A stretch of DNA of 64,000 bases from Proteromonas lacertae (taxonomy: Eukaryota), in assembly GCA_002245135.1 (NCBI GenBank), contig NGBS01000003.1:124001-188000 (forward strand), written 5' to 3'. The notes beneath the pieces are model-generated. The model saw nothing but the letters and a program-made list of their open reading frames with translations, searched no databases and was not told where the DNA came from. Made by a program: the position numbers and the translations under genes. Numbering within the stretch: the first letter of the stretch is position 1; every line of letters starts with the position of its first letter. Positions 38,254 through 52,678 of this stretch are shown here, in pieces.

Positions 38254-41200
38254 ATGTTACATTTGATAAATGAAGTGTTATATGCTGAATTAGCATGTGA
38301 TATGAAAGTATTGTAATTAATTTATTTTTATTAGGAGAAAGAGAGAATAGATAGAAGTGGTAACGAGATAGATCTAGTTGTAGAATATGAAAATGATACT
38401 CTAAAGTTGAAAGTGTTTAATGTATGTGAAATAAAAGAGAAGCGAATATTAAAATTTCACGAGAATAACTGTATGTTGTTAAATTATTGCCCATCTTTCA
38501 TTTCTCCATGTAGAATGTATAATTATGGTGAATATATGATATATGACAGAGAATACTACAATAGAGATTTGAAAGAGATAATAACTAGTAACTGTTATTT
38601 TGTGAATGAAATATGTGATATAATAAGTTCAATATGTGTTAATGTCATAGTGTTGAGTGAATATGATATAGTGGTTGATAATTTGAAGAGTAGTAACATA
38701 ATATATGAAGAAAATGGTGTTTTAAAGTTATGCGATTCATTCTTAAATGAAATAAGAAAAGAAGAAGAAATGAGATTATATGATATAAATTTCAAAAGCC
38801 CAGAAGAGTTGAATGGATTAGAATGTGATGATAGAAGTGTAGTATGGTCAATAGGATGTATATTATATGAAATGATTTGTAAGAAATTACCATTTAATGA
38901 AGATAATAATGTGAATAAAGCAAAAGAGAATATTCTGAGATGTAAATACAGTTTAGATGTAGAATGTCACAAAATGATGAAAGAGATGATATGTAGAATG
39001 TTAAAAGTGAAGAGTGAAGATAGATTGAGTTTAAAAGAGTTGAGAAAAGTAGTGATAAAAATGAGTGAAATGTTAAAAGATAAAGGTGATAATATGATGA
39101 TATGTAACGAAAGAAAAGAAATGTTATATAATGATGATATTGTAATTGTAGTTCTACCAATAACATATCCATCAAAATATTATCTTAGAAATGATAAATG
39201 GAAAGAAATTCGAGATAGATTAATATATTCGTACAATAATAAAGCAAATGAAAGAATATTGTCAATATTATTGATGATGAAATTATACAAAGAAAATTAT
39301 TGTAGTTCTGTAATAAAAGACAAATTGAAATTTCAAATACATCATAAATGTAGATATGGAGAATGTAATTTAGATGAGATGGTATTTAAGATAAAAGGTT
39401 ATGTGAAAATTGAATCATTTTGTTTATGTAAATGTGAAGAAGGAATGAATTATTTATTTAGAATATTAAGAATAATCAATCCAACTGAGCTGATATTTTG
39501 TATGATTTTTAATAATTATGATATATTTAGATTATATTCTTCTACCAATTATTCGTCAATCATTGTTTGTATTTAATTTGACAGGATTATCAAATCTACA
39601 AATATTAGATTTATCAATTTGTAATATTACGTCCTATTTCATTCAATTATTTGTTAAATCAATTCCATTGATGAAATTTAAATATATAAATCTTCAATGT
39701 ATTTATCACTTTATTTTATTATGAAATAGCTAATCCAATTGGTCCAAAAGGCTTTAAATTATTAATTCCATATTTACATTTGTTAATCAACGAAGACAAT
39801 GAATTAAACCTTTCTCAAATGAATTTAAGTGATGAATGTATGATGTTATTATCATCAGAATTATATAAATATCCAAATCTTAAGAGAATAGATATTAGAC
39901 AAAACAGAAACATCCATTCAAAAGGAATAAAAGCCTTATTCTCCAAATTTCCTATTTCAAGAATTGAGTATGATGTTAATAAAAGAAAAGAATTACTTGT
40001 TGATAAAGGCATTCCAAAATTTATCAAATATATGGAATATAGTGGCTTATTAAATCTGAATGGTTTGGGCATTGATGATAATTTTCTCAAAAAATTCATG
40101 TCATTAAGATCAAAAGAATTATATCATATAAAAGAATTATATTTATGCAGTAAATATTAGTTTTTTTTCTATAATTTAGATAATAAACTAACATCTGAAA
40201 GTGTCCAAACATTGATTAGCAATTTGTCTTCATTTCTACATCTTAATCGTCTTGTATTAAATGGAAATGAGATAGGAGATGAAGGAATAAAAATGTTATC
40301 TTCATATTTTTATTTATTTAATTGTTCAAGTATAATTATTACATCTTCAATGTATAATAGAAATGGGATTATCTTCAACTGGATTGAAGTATTTATTGGA
40401 TGATTTAGAGAAATTTAATTATATTTGCATGCTTGATATAAGTGAGAATAATATAGATTCATCTGGAATAGAACATTTAATGAAATACACGAAAGAAAAT
40501 AAAAACTTGAAAAGACTTAAAATTTATAGTATGATAATATTAATATCAAATATTTGTTTATTAAATAGATAATCCAATTGGTAATGATGGATTTAAGCTC
40601 TTGATAAACAATTTAAGCATGTTAAAATATGGCAATAAAATAAATTTAAGTAATATCTCAATAGATGATGAAAGTGTGATGTTGTTATTAGATAAATTAG
40701 ATTCAATTGAATATTGCAAAATAATAAATCTAAATGGAAATAATATCAGAATGAATGGATTAAAGGCAATATGTTCCAAATCTTTAGAAAATCAAAAATA
40801 TCTGTTTATAGAAATGAACTGTTCATTATGGACAAATGAAGAATTAGAGTATTATTTGGATTATTGTACTAAAAAGGAAAAAAGTGATTATTATGATAAA
40901 CATTATGATTTTTCAGGTATATATAATCCATATTTATAATGAAATAGATTTAAACATAGATGATTCTCATATTTCCATAATTAAACAGATAGATTATAGA
41001 TATCTTTATATATCCAATAATAATATGACTTCCAAAGGATTAAAAGAATTAACAGATTCTTTACCAAAAGATGTATATTATATATCAATACATAATAACT
41101 CTATTGGAGATGAAGGAATAGAAATAGCATGTAAGTATTTGGATATATTTGTAGAATATAATTCAGAATCGTTAAATCTGTCAAGTATGAATATATTAGT

Positions 41201-41519
41201 TACTTTATATTTAATAGATATCGGAATTAGTGAAAATGGATTGAGGATTTTAATAGAAAGGTTAAAAGATTATAAACCATTAGAATGGATAGATATATCA
41301 GGAAATGAGTTAGATGAAAGTGAATTGAGATTAATGAAAGGGAACAAAGAAGTGTTTGAAAATTTAGAAAGATTATCAATATCATTAAAAGAAAATATTG
41401 ATAAATCAGAATTAGAGTCATTCTTAGAAGAGTTTTCAACCATTGAAATAATCAAGTTAAATGGAATTACAGAAGAAGAAAAGAAAGAATTATCGAAAAT
41501 AGTCTATAACATCGAATAA
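38254..41519 (+). CDS. Pseudokinase fused to ribonuclease-inhibitor-type leucine-rich repeats; start uncertain (38213 or 38254)
   Basis: DNLKSSNII, LKLCD, SPE, VWSIGCILYEM; repeated LxLxxNxIGDEGI; many short introns join the ORF fragments. Confidence 0.8.
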
Positions 41520-41597
41520 TTGATATAGATATATACACTATGTGTTTTTACTTTATAAAAAGAAGGAATTATAATAAACAAAAAAGGAAAATAATTA

Positions 41598-44096
41598 TTA
41601 ATAAGTATCTTCATCTTCATCTTCATCATCATCAGAATTGAATGAATGGAGAAAATATTGACTATTATTTGGAGAAGGTTTTTTATATAAATATTTTTTA
41701 CTATTCATATATACAATGAAATATTATAAATATATACTAATCTATTTCATCATCATCATCATCATCATTATCTGAATAAAGTGAAACAGATGAATAGACT
41801 GGAGTTTTTTTAACCACTTCTCTCCCTATTTTAGTACTTTTACTTCTTTCATTTCTATTATTCTTATTCTGTTGTTGCTGTTGTTGTTGTTGATGTTTTT
41901 GAATTTGTTGTTTACCTACAGAAACTGATCTTTGAATTGGAGTTTTGGATGCACTATTGATTATTTTCATTCGATCATTTTGTGTGCTATAGATAAAAAT
42001 AGAAACATTGTTTATTATACTGAATCTTTAACGATTTACTGAAATTATCTTTTGGTGTAGTTGAAATATTATTATTATGATATACACTAACAAGTTGTTT
42101 TTTGTCACTATTTAATCAATAAATCATTGTAAATATTATACATTTTAGAAGCAGGAGGAGTATCAGACATCTTCTGTAAGATTTTATTATAATTACCACC
42201 TCCTTTCCTCAAGGTAGTTGGTTTATTCTTTATATTTTTACATTTAGGAATATGTTTATCAGCTACATCTATATTAAATCTTCTACCACAATATGGACAT
42301 TCTTTTCTATCTTCTCCATAATCTATTGTATTACTATCATCACCATAGTCATTATTATAACCACTTTTATTCTTATTCTTATTTGGTTTTACTGACCTTA
42401 GTGCTTGTCTTAGTTGTTCACTTTGCATTCTCCATTTACTTATAGATCGGTTCTTTAAATTATTATTCGAAGATGGTTTCTTTACAAACAATTTGGCTAT
42501 TTTAATTATATATATATATATAATATACGTTTTCTTTTTTGAACAAATACTTTATAACAAACTTTTTTATGTTTTATATAAGATATTTGACTGAATTTTC
42601 TATGACAATATTCACATTCAAATAATTCTTCATTTAATGAAGATATTGATGATGAATTTTTGTTGTTTGTTACTGGTAGGCTATCTCCTTGCATTGATCT
42701 TAAACATTCATTACATTTACAACCTATTTTCCTTGTACAAATTACATTATTATTATTGTGTTGAATGTTTATTTCATTTTGTTTGTGTTTATTATTATTA
42801 TTATATTTTTCAATATTCTGATATTGCTGTTGTATTTGCTGTATTTGTTGTTGTTGTTGTTGTGAAGAAGGAATAGGAGATGATTTATAAGTGAAATTAT
42901 TATTATTATTATTATTATAAGATGTAGGAGTATTATTTGTACTTTTCGATTCATTTATATGTAATTTTAATAGTTGTAATTGTAATTTTGGATTATTACT
43001 ATTATTAGTGAGACTATTTCGTGGTGTAAAAGATGCATAATCTTCAATATGATCTATTAATATTGAACTATTGTCACTTCCAATAATATTATCAGATTGA
43101 GATTTCTCTAATTTATTCACTTTTATTGATAGATTATTATTTCTAGTTTTGAAGTTTCTTGTTGTATAACTATCATCTATTTCATTACCATCTTCTTCAT
43201 CTTCTTCATCTTCATTTTTATTAATATAATTACTTTTTGGTTTGAATAATATTCTTCTGCTTTCATATTTAGGAAGATCTCCATCATCATCATCTTCTTC
43301 TTTTGTATTATTAATTGAATGATATTTTAATGGCTTTGTATTTGAATATGAATCATCATCATCATTATCATCATTATGAGTTAAAGAATCAGATGATTTA
43401 TTAAACTTCTTATGATTTGATGGTGTTTGTAAATATTTTGAATTTATATTAGAAGAAGAAGAAGTAATAGATTGCTTTTGATTTTGTTGTAAAGGAATAG
43501 GATCAGAAAATGAATTATTCTCAAATGAATTATCAGTATAATTTGTATTGAAATTATCACTACTATATTCTTCCCTTTTATATCGATTTATACTTGCATT
43601 TATATTCGAATGTGATGTATTTGATGTGTTTGGTGAAGGATTGGATGGATTTGTAGAATACATTGGATGAAGTGAAGGAGATATGTGATTTTCTAATATT
43701 TTCGGTTTTTTATAGTTCCTTTCTGCTAATGCTACTATTTGCTTCCAGTTGGTATCTGATAGTTTTGATCGAACTTTCATTAATTCCTTAAAAATATATA
43801 TATTTAGATGAATACATTTTTATCTTGTTCATTAATATCACTTAGATCGTCATTTACAGCTAATCTAAGCAACAATTCGAACAAATATTGGCTTTTTCTA
43901 ATAATTAGATATTTTAAATGTAATACTTTGTATCTTTCTTCGGTTCTTCGTTTTTATTTTCTAATAAAGGTTTTTTCCAAGTAACTTCTCTTGTAGTTAC
44001 ATGATAATAGTATTGCCCTATAGTTATGTTAAAAATTTGCTAAATTATACTTCCTGTTCTAGCGTCAGTCGCAGCTGCCCATCCAGGTTTTAACAT
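41598..44096 (-). CDS. WW domain plus ZC2HC1A/FAM164-type C2HC zinc-finger protein
   Basis: MLKPGWAAATDARTGRQYYYHVTTREVTWKKP; CEYCHRKF...HKKVC, KWRMQSEQLRQAL, CPYCGRRFN...KHIPKC; multiple introns. Confidence 0.8.
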
Positions 44097-44238
44097 AATA
44101 TCTTATATCACGAAATATTCAATTTTATAAATATGAAAATAGTTTGATATAGGCTTGTCTATTGGTTTTTTATTTTTCATTTTAACAATACACAAATATA
44201 CTAAGAGAATAACTTACAATCAAAAACATTAACTTATA

Positions 44239-46763
44239 CTACTTATTTTGCTTTTTAACTAAATCTTCAACAAATTCTTTATATACTTCATATTCACTTT
44301 TTAAAGCACTACTCTCCTCCATATACTTCAAGCATCTATCTCTTGATTGAATATATACTGATCTTGGAACTATTTTTACTTCATTATCACCTCCATTCAT
44401 TCCACCTCCTCCTCCTTCTCCTGAGCCAGAATTAAAATCAAATTCTATATCTGGCAGTTTTATCAGTTCTTCTAATCTATATTCATCTTCTTTAATTTTC
44501 TTATACACTAAAAATATGTATAAAAAAAGAAATAATATACATTCATCATTTAGTATTTTCAATGAAGTAGTTTCTCTTTCCAATAACTCAATTTTATAAT
44601 TCGTTTCTTTCAATAAATTCTCATTTTTATTAGTATGCATTACAATTTCCAAATATTCTTGTAGTAAATCATTATAATCTTTATCAATATGGTTATATTT
44701 ATCTTTTTCACCATCCAAATCATTTTTCATCTTTTCCAGTTCTAATATTTTCTTTTCCAAGTTATGTATTGCATTTTTCTTTTTATAGATTTCATTGTGA
44801 TGATTCTTTTCTATTAATGAAGAATTGTAGTTGCGTTCAGCTAACTGTAACTCATAATTTGCATTCTCAAAATCACTTCTGTTGATTTCATCTGACATAA
44901 AACCAGTAAAATCTTCAAGAGTTTCATTACTATTATAAATAAATGAATATTTGGTATAATAATAATATTATATATATATATACTCTATTTGTAACTTTTG
45001 CCTTATCCCACTATCTTCAGGACTATTACAAATAAATAATATAAATATAAATACCTATAGACTTCTGAAGTTTTAGTAATTCTTTTTATTTCTCTTCTTA
45101 ATCTTTTATTCTGATATTCACATAACGAAAAATAGTCTTTACATTCTTTTAATTGATTCTCTAATAATTGTTTGAAATGATTATCTGATCTAAATTCTAT
45201 TTCTTCACCAGATCTTAAAATTTCCACTTTTTCTCTATTAACACAATAAACCACTTATAATTATACCTCAATTTTCCTAATCTGTAATTCAATCCAGATA
45301 TTATACCTCTGTAATTTGTTACATTTACAGATGGATAAGTCTAATAAAATAAATAATAATAATTATATATATACAACAATATGAGACATTTTTTCAAGCA
45401 AAGTCAATACTTTTAAAGAATCTTCACAATTTTCAGAACTCTAAAGATGAAATAATATTATAATTAATAATACATCATCAATAATAGCTAATCCACTAAC
45501 AATACTATTTCCACCTAAACTCTCTTTCAATAAACATGTTAATTCAGATTCATCATATACAGGGATAGTTGCTTCTTTTCTCTTTTCCTCAGTTAATCTA
45601 ATATCCACTAATTGTCTTATATTTAATAGAAATGAAAATAAACATCGATGATATTTTCTCGTTTCTTCTGTTATTAATTCATCAATAAAATAAATAGAAT
45701 ATCCTTTAGGAAACACAATTAAATCATCTGACATTTTAATATAGTCATTTTTTGTGATTCTCAATTCATAATTTATTTCTTGACTTCTTTCTGGATTTAC
45801 TGATAATTCATTATTCATATTATATCCAATAACACATCTTGGATGTGGAAATAAATGTAATTTCTCTAATCCAGGCAAACATACAAAAATAAACTTAGAA
45901 TAAATAGATTCGTCTAGTTTAGTCTCTGTATTGAAATAAGATTGATATAATTCATATTCAAAGAAAAAACTACTGATTGTATTGGTGATTCCAAATTTGG
46001 TGGATGACATGTAATAATTATCTCTGGTTAGTTGAAATATTACTTTTATTTGATCTTCTGAATTTATTCTAAAAAATAGAAAAAATAAAAAATTATCAAT
46101 TAAAACTATACTCCACAATTTTTAATCCATCTACAAAATATCCTTTTTCATTACTCCATTGTATATACAATCTGTCTCCTAACGGATTTAATATATCATA
46201 TATTTGACCATCTACTAATTGATAACATTTGTATGTTAAATTCATTTTACGATCTGGATTTAATTTCTTCATTTCATTAACTTGATCTAAAACATCTTCT
46301 GTAAAAATTGGGATTATATCTATCTCTTTACTTACTTGATCAAATTTTAGCATGTAACGGTATGCATCATGCTCTGTAGTGGATAATAAATAATAAAAGA
46401 CTATTGAATATATAAATATAAGTAAATATACCATTATATCCTTGAATAAACTGTTTGATTAGTGGTTTTATTGAATTCTATTGTGCAATTATATATTATC
46501 ATATACTGAATATATTTCTTCCTTGTCATAAGTAACATTCACTAGATTGGAACAAAACACACAATGATTATCATTTGATTCATTTTTAATTATACTAAAT
46601 TGATTTTTATCAAATTTGAAGTTGTATATATTGTCAGTAAGTACTAATCGCTATAAATGAATTAAATACTTCTATTATCTTTAACAATCTGTATTGCAGG
46701 CTAAACAAGTAGGAGATAATAATTATATACTTTAAATATCTCTTCTGGTAGATGTGTGGTCAT
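44239..46763 (-). CDS. Highly divergent kinesin-like protein with degenerate nucleotide-binding motifs and a coiled-coil tail
   Basis: Spliced product: FKFD, PLIKQFIQGYN, IYDILNP, YFVDGL, SKFIFVCLPGLE, PVYDESELTCLLKESLGGNS. Confidence 0.75.
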
Positions 46764-46860
46764 TTTTTCAAAAAAGAATTTATCAAGCCAAGCTCGAGGC
46801 TTATAGTTCTATAATAAAGCTAGTTAATAGAAAACATCGTTATTTTTTTACCTTTATTTT

Positions 46861-49606
46861 ATGATCGGATATGGTAATGATGAAGGTGGAAGTTCCCCAT
46901 CTCAGAATTCTGCCAGAAGAAGACTAGCAAGCAGAAATTCCAATAGTCCTAGAGCATCATCAAGTCCAAGACCACCTTCTAGTGCTAGTATAATTAATTT
47001 AGCATCAATTCTAGGAGCTACACCAACAGAGTGTGATGAAGAAATCCGTAGATTAAAAACTGATATTTTTGCTATTATACAATTGAAGAAGTATTCTATA
47101 GTAGATTATATTATCAAAATAGATTTTTAAAAACATCAATGTCAAAAGATTATGTAGTTCCATTTGATGAAGAAGAGTCATTGAAACAATTGCAATCATT
47201 TCAAGTAACAGATAACCAGACTCAAGTATAATGATTATATCTATAAAATATATAGACTCAAGTTGTAAAAAATCAACTGAACGATATGTATGAATCAGAA
47301 GTTCGTCCAGTATTACGATTTCTAAATGAACATGGAACAAATCCTGAAGAAATCAAAGTTCCAAGTGAATTAGAATCCGATGTAGATAATACATCACCCA
47401 TATTATCTTATATCTCAGCCATAACAGGATTAGTAAATAGCGAATTAGAAACAGAGAATAGAATTCAAAAAGAGATTGATAAACAAGAAGAATTGAATCA
47501 AGTAATACAAAAGAAAGATGATGAAATTAGACAGATTAATCAACAGTTGACATTATTTAAAGAAGCATTAGAACAAGGTAAAAGTCCAGTATATATTATT
47601 TATTAATTGTTATTTATAGAGATCTAATCATATTAGTCCAAGACCACCAAAGAGTCATTCTCAATCACCTCGCCAAAGAACTTCAAGTCCACCTATTACT
47701 GAAGGAGATAATACAAATAGTGAAAGTAAATCATCGTCATCACCACGTACAATAAGCCAAGAAGACATTGAGAAAAGTCCTATTTATATTACATTGAAAG
47801 GACAAAGTGATGAATATTTAAGAAAAATTGAATTTTTACAGAACCAAATTGAAGTATATTGTTAATAATGATAATATTATATGAATAGGAAATGAATAGA
47901 AGTGGTGAAAGTAAACTATCTGAAGAAATTGAATCAAAAGACAATAATGAAGTAGACAATTCTCAATATACAGATATAATATCCAATTTACAGAATGAAG
48001 TTGAAAGATTGAAAAGAGCAAATGATGAACAAATGAATTGTTATGAGAATGATACAAGAGATTTGAAGCAGAAAATAAAACAATTGAAATCAGAATTAGC
48101 AGCATTGAAGGGAATTTCAGAGTCTAATCCAACATCAGCTAGAAGTGTATAATTTAATAATTATATTTTTTGTTATGAATAGGAGAATAAAAGTCCAAGA
48201 GTAGCTTCAGCAAGACAAGAAGAAAAGGTAGAGGAAAAGACAGAAAAAGTAGAAGAAAAAGTGAATGAAGATGAAGATGTAGAAATATTAAAATATCAAA
48301 TCAATAAATTGAATAAACAAATAACAAAGATGGATGAAGATAGAATAACGAATGAACAAAAGTTAATGTTAGAAATAGACAAAGGAAAAGAAGATGCTGA
48401 GAAATTGAATAAAGAAATTGAAAGATTAAAGAAATATATTGAAGATGAGAAAGAGAAACAAGAGAAGAAGAGCAGATTACCTGATAAAAAAGGAATTGAA
48501 GAAATTGATTATAAGATGTTGTATGAAGATGAATTAGAAAAAGTAAATATATATATATATTCATTATATTATTATTGTTGTATAGAATGCAAGATTAAAG
48601 AAAGAAATCGATAGTTTAGGTGAAAATAATAGTGATGGAACTCGTAATAAGAATTATGAAGTGTTAGGAACAATCAAATCATTGAATAACAGAATAGAAT
48701 TACTAGAAAGTACAGTGATGCAAGTAAAGAATGAGAAAGAAAAAGATGTGAAATTAATCAGTAAATTAAGTGTAAAATTAGATAAATTAAAGAAGAGATG
48801 TGATAAAGCTGAAATAGAGAATGACGATTATGATAAACAAGTGTCTGAAATGACTGAACAGATTAAAGGATTGAAAGATACAGAAATGAAATATTTCCAT
48901 TTAGTTGTATATTTATTTATCCTATTATTATTTATTTATGAATTTAATAGGAAGAGCATAATATCTTAAAGACAAACCATGAACAAGCAACCAATACATT
49001 AAAAGTCCAAAATATTACACTTACAGACTTATATAAACGAGTAGACCAATTAACAGAAGAAAATGAACAAATTCCATTGCTTCAGCAAGATAATAAAATA
49101 TTAAAAGAGAAATTAGATGAACATATAGCAATGGAAAAAGATTTAAATCAAAGAGAAAAAATAATGAAAGAGAAATATGAACAAATGGAAAAAGATAAAG
49201 CTTATGTAAGACAACAGAATGATAAAATCAGAAGTCAGATTGATTTATTAGGTGAAGATCAGAATAAATTGAAACAGGATAGAGATGCGTTTAATAATGA
49301 TAAGAAAATATTGAGAGAAACATCACAGTTGATGGTGAAGAGATTACAAATTCAATCTAAGATATTGAAGATAGTTCCGATGTTAGTAAATGGTCCTGAT
49401 TATTATAGTCAACAAGAATGGACTAATATTCAAGATAAAGCTACGTATTTCCAGCAGACACTTGAATCGACAGAATACTTGTTGACAAATCTACAACCGG
49501 TTTTGAAACAATTAGCTAGTAAAATTGAACCGTATTTACTATTTATTTTATATTGTATCATAGAGATCATCCGATAATGCAAATATCACCAAGTCCAAGA
49601 CCTTAA
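46861..49606 (+). CDS. Long coiled-coil protein with SPR motifs
   Basis: About eight short introns join the E/K-rich ORFs in frame; stop at 49604..49606. Confidence 0.75.
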
Positions 49607-49871
49607 ATTTAATATAATTCATAATTGATATTCATTTTGTGTTAGTGGACATATCTTTCTAACATAAGATGCTGAATATAGACTCATTTTCTTAGTTTCC
49701 ATAAAAATCAAATTGAATATCCTATGTATCAATCAAAAACTAAACCAACGATGCAGTAACTACATGTCATAACATGTACATCTCACAGCTGAGTTGTTTG
49801 AAATTAAAATAAAAACATATTCGTTTTATTAAAACGAAAATAACCTACCATTAATTTTAAATAATTCTAGA

Positions 49872-52548
49872 ATGGGTGGGTGCTGCAGCCAAGATGCTTA
49901 CCTCTACAGAGAGACACTCAGTGATCTCCATGTAAATAAGCCGAAAAGGAACCTTTTCAAAACAGATGAAGAGAAAATTCAAAGAGTTCTAAAATACAGA
50001 GTTGCCAATGATTCAATTTTTCATTCAATCGATCTAAATGCTCAAACAGATATTCCGGTATTTTGTTTCTCTTGATTTATAGACTTCAACACTAACGACC
50101 AAATCCCAGGAAGAAATTGATTTTATTACATCATCGTTACGTTCATTTTATTTATTCTCCTCATTTGATCCGTATATTTCTATCTTTTTTAGCTAATTTT
50201 CTAAATAGAGAAGAATTAGGTGAGTTAGTAAAGCGAATGACCAAAATCCACAAAGATATCGATGAAGACATATTAACAACTGGAAGCCAAGTTGATCACT
50301 TTTATCTAATATACAGTGGAGTTGTGAAATGCACAAAAGATAAGAAAGATGTATATGTATTAGAAAGAGGAAGTGGTTTTGGTGAAAGAGCTTTATTAAT
50401 GAATTCAAATAGCCAAGAAGAAACAATGACAGCCTGCACAGGGTGTGATTTGTGGAGAGTTGAAAAGAATATTTTTTTGTATTTTTAAATTTCTTTATAT
50501 ATTTTTTTAATTTATATAATAGAGCTATTTTAACACGTAATTTCCAACGTATATACAAAGCTACAATAGAATTTTTCAAAAGTCATCCTATTCTCAAAGA
50601 GTTGAATGAGAATGAATGTAAATCTTTACTTAACCATTTTCAATATTTATATGTCAAAGCAGGTGATATAATTTATAATAAAGGTGATAAACCAAATTTC
50701 TTTTATTTAATAGAAAGTGGTGAAGTATGCTTGAATCGTTTTGGAGAGTATAATGGTGAAATAATCCTTCATAAAAATGAATATTTTGGTGATATTTCAC
50801 TCATCAATTATATGAAGAATTATTCTAACTCAAATCAAGACAATAATCACAATAATAGTACAACTGGTACAGGTAATAATAATAATAATACAGGAAATGG
50901 TGGAAATAACAATATGAAAGATGATGGATTGAGTAATAATCCAAATAATAGCAACAACAATAATAATACTTCAAACAATAAAGAAACCAACAACAGTCCA
51001 TATAGTAAATTAATCGTAAGAAATGTGAAAGTATTAGAAGAAAGAAATGCAACTGCTTATGCTAGAAAACCATGTCATTTGGTTGTATTAGATAGTGAGT
51101 TTTATAAAATACTAAGTGAGAAATATAAGAAAGAATTTAGTGATAATATATGTGAAAGAGTATTTAATACTATTCCAGAAATGAAGTGTTTAAGTGATGA
51201 AAAGAAGAAAACAATATATAAGAACTGTGCTAAAGAAAAGAGCTATATAAATGGAAGTAGAATCTTTGAATATAAAGAAAAGAACAATAATTTATATATA
51301 ATAAAAGAAGGTAAAGTAGAATATGAAAAAATAATAGAAAGTGATACAGGTAAATCAGAAAATGATCGTAAAGAGAAAGCTGTTGGATTAATAGGTAATT
51401 ATTACAATCCAACTATATTCATCAAACCATACAGATGTGAAGGAAGTTTACAATGTTTAAGTGATACAAAAATGATTGAAATTAATCGAAATGATTTTTA
51501 TAAATATGTTACAAGTGAAGATGTTAATGAAATGTATTTGAGTAATAAAAGAAGAAATAATAATTCACCTGTTATACCACCTGATCCTGATAATCCATTG
51601 AATAGTTATATTACACTGAAAACACTAGGAAAAGGTACATTTGGTCGAGTTAAACTAGTTAGAAATAAAAATGATAATCATATTTATGCATTGAAAGTAT
51701 TAAAGAAAAGAATAATCATAAGTTATCATCAAGAGCGTAATATAATGAACGAAAAGAGTATTCTATTAGAATGTAATCATCCTTTTATCACTAAGTTATA
51801 TGGAACATTCCAAGATCAGAATAATTTGTATATGTTACAGGAATTTCTTCAAGGAGGTGAATTGTTTAATTTGATATGGAATTTTGGTGGAACTTTAACT
51901 TCAAAAGATGCATGTTTCTATGCAGCTTGTGTATTAAGTGGATTGAGTTATTTACATAGTAAAAATATCGTATATCGTGATTTAAAACCTGAAAATCTAA
52001 TGATTGATAATGAAGGATATGTTAAAATAATCGATTTTGGATTTTCAAAAAAGATAGTTGGTAAAACTTATACATTATGTGGAACTCCTGAATACTTAGC
52101 TCCTGAGTTAGTAATTGGTCGTGGACATAATAAAAGTGTAGATTATTGGGCATATGGTGTATTGATCTTCGAAATGTTATGTGGATATTCACCATTCGCT
52201 GAGAAAGATAAAGGTAAACAATTATATATATGTAGAAATATAATAATGTGTAAATATCAATTCCCACCTCATTTAACTGATGAAAAAGGTAAAGATTTGA
52301 TTAAGAGATTATTAACAGTCAATCCAGTGAAGAGATTAGGTTGTACTGAGAATGGAAGTGATGATATAAAGAATCATAGTTGGTTCCATGATATTAATTG
52401 GGAAAGTCTAGAAAATCGTGAGATTAGTGATAAACCTTGGTTACCTCCTATATTTAATGGTGTAGATGCTGCTTGGTTAGATGAGAAGGAGAATATAGAA
52501 GTGAGTGATCCATTCTATGGAGATTGTTGTTGGGCAAATGATTTTTAA
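49872..52548 (+). CDS. cGMP-dependent protein kinase-like (three cNMP-binding domains plus AGC kinase)
   Basis: FGERAL and FGDISL cNMP motifs; GKGTFGRV, YRDLKPEN, DFGFSK, TYTLCGTPEY; N-terminal MGGCCS; three introns. Confidence 0.93.
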
Positions 52549-52678
52549 ATATTAATTATTATCTTTAAAAAATATGTTTCTTTTAAAAAACTACATTATA
52601 TATAGAAAATGATTGTTTTTTTCTATTTTTAATCTCAATCAACAATTTATCAAAAAGAAATGGGTGGAATTAATGGAT

